From a virus (Duplodnaviria; Caudoviricetes), in the IMG/VR virus record IMGVR_UViG_3300025635_000106, positions 1 through 31,542 of that record: a stretch of DNA of 31,542 bases; one strand, 5' to 3'. Made by a program: the position numbers and the translations under genes. Under the pieces are notes generated by a model, which had not been told where the DNA came from, searched no databases, and saw nothing but the letters and a program-made list of their open reading frames with translations. Shown piece after piece: positions 27,000 to 31,542 of the stretch (its first letter is position 1; each line of letters starts with the position of its first letter).

Positions 27000-27237
27000 C
27001 GACAAAGCAGTTTTGGCTCAATGGGCTAAAAACTTACTAAATGATGACTTTTTCAAAGAAGTTATAGATAACTTGAAAAAAGAACAGATTAGTGTGATAA
27101 TTAACACAAGTGCAGAAGAATGTGATAGGCGTGAAGATGCTTATCGGCACATTAAGTCTATTGAACTGATTACAGGACACCTAGAAGGTTTAGCCTCGGA
27201 AACTGTAATTAGAGAGAAGAAGTGGAAAATTCTGTAG
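26989..27237 (+). CDS. Small head-region protein
   Basis: AKNLLNDDFF...REDAY pattern; precedes scaffold. Confidence 0.65.
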   Translation: MLNNDKAVLAQWAKNLLNDDFFKEVIDNLKKEQISVIINTSAEECDRREDAYRHIKSIELITGHLEGLASETVIREKKWKIL

Positions 27238-27289
27238 GGTTTACCCTACCCTCCGTCCAGAAGGTTTCTGGCGATTATTGAGATGACAA

Positions 27290-28219
27290 ATGGAAAACAC
27301 CAACCCTAATGGGAGTGAAAGCCTAGATGTAAACCAAGCTGCTTCAGCGTTAATGGGGCTAATGGGTGACTCTGAGGAAGCCGAACAAGGCCAAACCGAA
27401 GAACAGCCAGAAGAACTACAAGCGTCTGATGAAGTTGAATATTCTGAGGAGGAATCCGAAGAACAACCAAAGCCAAGATATAAAGTCAAGGCATCTGGTG
27501 AGGAAGTCGAAGTAGAACTAGACGAACTTATCAAAGGTTATCAACAAGGTACGGACTACACTAAAAAGTCTCAGGCTCTAGCTGAACAACGTAAAGCAAT
27601 TGAAGCTGAACGTAGTCACTTAGAGTATGTGAAACAAGAACGACAGGCATACGCCCAGAAGTTGCAAGCGTTGGATAGCTTCCTTACGCAGCAACATCAG
27701 GGTGTGGACTTAGAAGTTTTAAAGGAAACAGACCCTATCGGTTATGCGGTAGCGGTAGCTGAACAGAGCCAGCGTGAGAAGCAGTTAGCAGTAGTCAGGA
27801 ATGAACAGCAACGAATTGCCCAACAGCAACAATCCGAGCAACAAGCCTCTCTGCAAAACCATCTCCGTCAAGAATCTGAGAAGCTAGTTAGTCTGATTCC
27901 TGAGTTAGCGACACCACAGGGTGATGCGGTACGGAAACAAATCCGTGACTATGCGAAGTCTGTAGGTTGGTCTGACCAAGAACTCAGTTCCGTGTATGAC
28001 AGTCGTGCTGTGATGACCTTGTATAAGGCAATGAAGTATGAGCAACTTCAAAAGAGCAAACCAGAGTTGAATAAAAAACTTGTGGCTGCCCCTAAGATGA
28101 TGCGTTCTGGTACTTCAGTTCCCCAAGCTAAGTCTTCACAAGACAAACAGGCAATGCAAAGGTTGCGTGAGACAGGAAAAGTCTCAGACGCTGCCAGAGC
28201 ATTTGAACGATTTTTATAA
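27290..28219 (+). CDS. Capsid scaffolding protein
   Basis: Acidic N-terminus; YKVK..GEEVEV.LDEL.KGYQ...DYTKK; directly before capsid gene. Confidence 0.8.
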   Translation: MENTNPNGSESLDVNQAASALMGLMGDSEEAEQGQTEEQPEELQASDEVEYSEEESEEQPKPRYKVKASGEEVEVELDELIKGYQQGTDYTKKSQALAEQRKAIEAERSHLEYVKQERQAYAQKLQALDSFLTQQHQGVDLEVLKETDPIGYAVAVAEQSQREKQLAVVRNEQQRIAQQQQSEQQASLQNHLRQESEKLVSLIPELATPQGDAVRKQIRDYAKSVGWSDQELSSVYDSRAVMTLYKAMKYEQLQKSKPELNKKLVAAPKMMRSGTSVPQAKSSQDKQAMQRLRETGKVSDAARAFERFL

Positions 28220-28237
28220 ATTTTGGAGTATTAAATT

Positions 28238-28559
28238 ATGGCTACCTATCAAACATATACCGCAATCGGTATGAGAGAAGACCTTTCGGATGTTATCTAC
28301 TCGATTTCACCAACAGATGTTCCATTTATGTCTTCCATTGGCAAGACTAAGGCAACTGCTGTTCTGCACGAGTGGCAAACAGACAGCTTGGCTGCTGCAA
28401 CTTTGGATAACTTCACAGTTGAGGGTGCAACAGCATCTGACGCTACTATGTCTCCAACTACTCGTGTTGGCAACCGCACTCAGATTGCACAGAAAACAAT
28501 CAAGATTTCTGGCACTTTGCAGTCAGTTGACAAAGCTGGTCGTAAGTCTGAAAAGGCGT
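28238..28559 (+). CDS. Major capsid protein, exon 1 (DUF5309/SU10-like)
   Basis: REDLSDVIYSISPTDVPF, HEWQTDSL, NRTQI, AGRKSEKA; SD GGAG. Confidence 0.9.
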
Positions 28560-28876
28560 TAGCTTTACATTAAGCGCCCATATTCGGTAACGAATATTGT
28601 AAAAACTAGGTGAATTGCTGGAAACTCCTTAGAGCCTCTAACACTACAGCATAGCTAGAAATGGCAAGTGCGAATGTTTGAAAAGATAGAGGATTGGACA
28701 ATCAGCAGCCAAGCACCCGAAAAGGTGAAGGTTCAACGACTAGGGAGTAATCCCGTAGAGCCAAGTGGCTCGAAGCGCCTAGCCCCAGAAATGGGTGATG
28801 ATATAGTCTGTTCTCATATGAAAGTATGAGCCTCGAAAGAGGGTTATGGAAATAACGAGCCATAGCAAACACCAAG
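28560..28876 (+). ncRNA. Group I self-splicing intron (IA2-like), 317 nt, no homing endonuclease ORF
   Basis: P AATTGCTGGAAA, Q AATCAGCAG, R GTTCAACGACTA, S GATATAGTC; P1 with U.G wobble; P3 and P7 pairings; terminal G; splicing restores the frame. Confidence 0.93.
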
Positions 28877-29505
28877 ACCAATTAGCTAAAGCGTCCAGCG
28901 AAATCAAGCGGGACATGGAAACAACCCTGTTGAGCAACCAAGTTGCTGCTAACGGCAATTCTTCTACTGCTCGTAAATTGGGCGGTCTGCAAGCATGGTT
29001 GAATTCTAACTATGATGGCGGTACTTCTGGCGTTGCTGGTGACTTGGGTACTACTGCTCGTACAGATGGTACAAACCGCACTTTCACAGAGGCAATTTTG
29101 CAAACTGTTGTTAAAGAAGTTTACGCTTCTGGTGGCAATCCTAAAGTATTGATGGTTAACCCTGCTCACAAGCAATTGGTTTCTGCCTTTACTGGTATTG
29201 CTGCACAGCGTTTCATGGCCCCTAGCAATACGCCTACAACCATCATTTCGGCTGCGGACGTTTACCTGTCAGATTTCGGTGCAATCTCAATTGTTCCCAA
29301 CAGGTTCATGACTTCCACTAACTCATGTGGCGAAACAGCGTTTATCCTTGACCCTGACATGGCTGCTATTGCTTATCTGCGTCCTTTCCAGACCAACGAG
29401 TTGGCTGTAACTGGCGACAACGAAAGCACTCAGTTGCTGTGCGAGTACACCTTGGAAGTGAAAAACCAAGCTGCTCACGGCATTTTGGCTGACTTGACAC
29501 CTTAA
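28877..29505 (+). CDS. Major capsid protein, exon 2
   Basis: (Y)QLAKASSEIKRDME, RKLGGL, YLSDFG, LRPF...LAVTGD...EYTLEVKN..AHG. Confidence 0.9.
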
Positions 29506-29523
29506 TCTAAGGTAACCCAAAAG

Positions 29524-29559
29524 ATGCCTCAGACTTAAACCTCTGGGGCATTTTCTTTT
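29524..29559 (+). terminator. Rho-independent terminator after capsid gene
   Basis: ATGCCTCAGA-cttaaacc-TCTGGGGCAT followed by TTTCTTTT. Confidence 0.8.
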
Positions 29560-29584
29560 CTACTCAAACTGATAGAATTAGGCT

Positions 29585-29899
29585 ATGCAAAATCCTAACA
29601 ACTTTAGACAAACTGCTGTTCACGCTGATGGTGAGGGCGGTATCGTTATTCAGACTCGTCAAGATGTGTCTGATATTGTTGAGCAAAATAAAAAAGAATA
29701 TAACTCGTATGACGAGAGAGCAAGATGGTCTGACCAATTGTTTGGTAACAAGGTTGCATCTATTCCAATGACAGTCATTGATGACCTTAACAAAGCTGGA
29801 ATCATGCGTGGCTTTGCTGTTCTTGATGACAAGCGTTTTGCTGCTTGGTTAAATGACCCAATGAATCGTGCATGGCGCACTAGGACAGGAGTTGTATGA
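29585..29899 (+). CDS. Conserved-type hypothetical protein after capsid gene
   Basis: QDVSDIVEQNK...KVASIP...WLNDPMNRAWRT. Confidence 0.7.
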   Translation: MQNPNNFRQTAVHADGEGGIVIQTRQDVSDIVEQNKKEYNSYDERARWSDQLFGNKVASIPMTVIDDLNKAGIMRGFAVLDDKRFAAWLNDPMNRAWRTRTGVV

Positions 29900-30516
29900 G
29901 TTTTGCTACCTACTCTGATTTGCAGACTTCAATAGCTAATTACTTGGCTAGGTCTGACCTGACAAGCATCATCCCAGACTTCATTACTTTGGCTGAGAAT
30001 CGTTTGCGTAGAGAACTACGGATTCGTCAGATGCTCAAGTCTGTAACAACTAGCACAGTCTCTGGTGATGCAACTGTAGAACTACCTAGCGACTTCTTAG
30101 AGATTCGTGACTTTGTAGTGATGACTAACCCAATTCAACCATTGAGTTACTCTAGCCCCTCAACATTATCTAATGACCCAAGAACATCAGAAGTTGGTGT
30201 TCCTAAGTCTTACACTATTCTTGCTTCTGAGTTTCAGTTAGCACCTGCACCTGATGGCGTATATACGTTAAAGATGCTTTATTACTCTGCGCCTCCGTAC
30301 TTGACTAGCAGTAACACATCTAATGTTTTCTTGAATGTTGCACCTGATGGTTTGCTATATGGTGCATTGGTTGAAGCAGAGCCTTACTTAATGAATGATG
30401 CTCGCATCAATACATGGGGTTCTATGTATGACAGAGCGATTTCTTCTCTCACTAGGTCTGATGAAAATACTCAGTATTCTGGTGTTCCGTTAGCAATGAA
30501 ATTAACTGCAAGGTGA
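29896..30516 (+). CDS. Head-tail adaptor protein (putative)
   Basis: YSDLQTSIANYLARSDLT..IPDFITLAE.R, APAPD, LLYGALVEA.PYL. Confidence 0.7.
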   Translation: MSFATYSDLQTSIANYLARSDLTSIIPDFITLAENRLRRELRIRQMLKSVTTSTVSGDATVELPSDFLEIRDFVVMTNPIQPLSYSSPSTLSNDPRTSEVGVPKSYTILASEFQLAPAPDGVYTLKMLYYSAPPYLTSSNTSNVFLNVAPDGLLYGALVEAEPYLMNDARINTWGSMYDRAISSLTRSDENTQYSGVPLAMKLTAR

Positions 30517-30520
30517 AAAT

Positions 30521-30907
30521 ATGGCTGAAATGTCTAACTACTTGGAAAATGCTCTTATCAATGTTACGTTGAGAGCAACTAGCTACACAGCACCAACAAC
30601 TGTTTATGTGGCTTTGTACACAACTGACCCAACTGACGCTGATACTGGAACAGAAGTTTCTGGCACTAACTATGCTCGTCAGTCTGTTGCTTTTGGTGCG
30701 CCTAGCAATGGTGCAACTACAAACTCTGCTGCTGTTGAGTTTCCTCAAGCTGGCAGTTCATGGGGAACAGTCACGCACATTGGATTGCGTGATGCCTTGA
30801 CAACAGGTAACTTGTTGTATCACACAGCATTGGATTCTTCTAAAACTATTGCAAGTGGTGATGTGTTCCGTATTGCTACAGGTTCTTTGTCAGTAACATT
30901 GGCATAA
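30521..30907 (+). CDS. Small virion structural protein
   Basis: SNYLEN, YVALYTTDP, YARQ, WGTVTH.G..DA...GN.L. Confidence 0.7.
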   Translation: MAEMSNYLENALINVTLRATSYTAPTTVYVALYTTDPTDADTGTEVSGTNYARQSVAFGAPSNGATTNSAAVEFPQAGSSWGTVTHIGLRDALTTGNLLYHTALDSSKTIASGDVFRIATGSLSVTLA

Positions 30908-30908
30908 G

Positions 30909-31499
30909 ATGGCTGATTTACTGCCTCCGTGGACAATTGACTCGCTAGACAATTTAAAGTCTAGCATTGATGACTTAACACTCACACTCGATAGTTCACT
31001 TTACACAACCTCTGTAACCCTATGGGATGCCTATGGGTCTGTAACTGCGTCTGCAAGCGTTACGGCTAGTGGCACATTGGTTCAAAATGCTAGTGGGGCA
31101 ATAGATGGTGTAGCGACAGTAACGGCAAATGCCACAAGGATTCAATTTGCAAGCGCAAGCATAACTGCAAATGCAAGTGTTTCTGCAAGTGGAACAATTG
31201 TCCAATTTGGTAGTGCGTCTATAAATGCAAATGCAACATTTACCGCAAATGGTGGAATTATTGCTGAAGGCTCTGCAAGCATTGAAGCAAATGCAACAGT
31301 AAATGCAGCAGGAACATTGATAAACAATGCAAGTGCATCTATTACTTGCTTGGCAACAGTAACTGCTAAAGGCGTTATTCTTGGTGATAATTGGACTCCA
31401 GTAGCAGGAGACACAAACACATGGACTCCAGTATCGGCTAATGACAATACATGGACTACACAGTCTCAAGGAAGTAACACATGGCTACGACAAGGGTAA
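30909..31499 (+). CDS. Ala/Ser/Thr-rich repetitive virion protein
   Basis: Repeated ASASI.A.A.V.A.G units; C-terminal (N/T)WT repeats. Confidence 0.65.
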   Translation: MADLLPPWTIDSLDNLKSSIDDLTLTLDSSLYTTSVTLWDAYGSVTASASVTASGTLVQNASGAIDGVATVTANATRIQFASASITANASVSASGTIVQFGSASINANATFTANGGIIAEGSASIEANATVNAAGTLINNASASITCLATVTAKGVILGDNWTPVAGDTNTWTPVSANDNTWTTQSQGSNTWLRQG

Positions 31500-31542
31500 C
31501 ATTTGGTGAATGGATGCCTGACCAATCAGGTATCTCTGGCGC
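31481..31542 (+). CDS. Start of next tail gene (3'-truncated)
   Basis: AAGGA SD; MATTRVTFGEWMPDQSGISG... runs off the window. Confidence 0.6.
   Translation, partial: MATTRVTFGEWMPDQSGISG

Larger units (their letters stand above)
1..31542. mobile_element. Tailed dsDNA bacteriophage genome segment (podovirus-like virion, lambdoid-like early region)
   Basis: terS-terL-portal-scaffold-capsid cluster, lysozyme, cro, ERF/SSB; no host housekeeping genes; no tape measure or sheath gene seen. Confidence 0.95.

Noticed and set aside
28560-28876. Intron-encoded homing endonuclease
   Set aside because: Only 317 nt, nearly all accounted for by structure; no ORF of useful length
28238-29505. Capsid gene as a pseudogene, frameshift or assembly error, or two separate genes with ATG 28846
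   Set aside because: The gap contains a complete group I core with correct U/G boundaries; ATG 28846 lies inside the P9 hairpins
463-31469. Many antisense or nested ORFs in the track (e.g. 463-681, 7852-8220, 18581-18820, 23216-23581, 26258-26629, 31020-31469)
   Set aside because: They shadow well-supported genes and show no recognisable motifs
1-31542. tRNA genes, att sites, integrase
   Set aside because: No cloverleaf, recombinase motif or host junction recognised by eye

Overview
The window is most of the genome of a tailed dsDNA phage with a podovirus-like virion and a lambdoid-style early region. The start appears to be permuted within the tail module. A betaproteobacterial or freshwater host is only a guess from gene content. 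Gene order: end of a tail gene, three putative ejection proteins, fibre/lectin-like genes, sulfotransferase plus APS-kinase/nucleotidyltransferase, lysis cassette, HEXXH protein and phosphoesterase. A leftward operon follows (ERF recombinase, SSB, MazG). Next come divergent promoters, cro, a DUF1376-like replication initiator, a TET-associated-type glycosyltransferase, nucleases and a terminator. The late region has small basic proteins, a 708-aa protein, terS, terL, portal, two inserted genes, scaffold, major capsid and head-tail genes. The main finding is that the major capsid gene is split by a compact, ORF-less 317-nt group I (IA2-like) intron at 28560-28876. Its removal restores ...GRKSEKA-Y-QLAKASSEIKRDME in a 316-aa capsid protein. 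Other points of interest are a possible phage sulfation module, a duplicated promoter/leader element with a TCAAC-N5-GTTGA operator, candidate structured RNAs, a dual-coded region and apparent GATC avoidance. All family assignments come from motifs recognised by eye; no database search was run.
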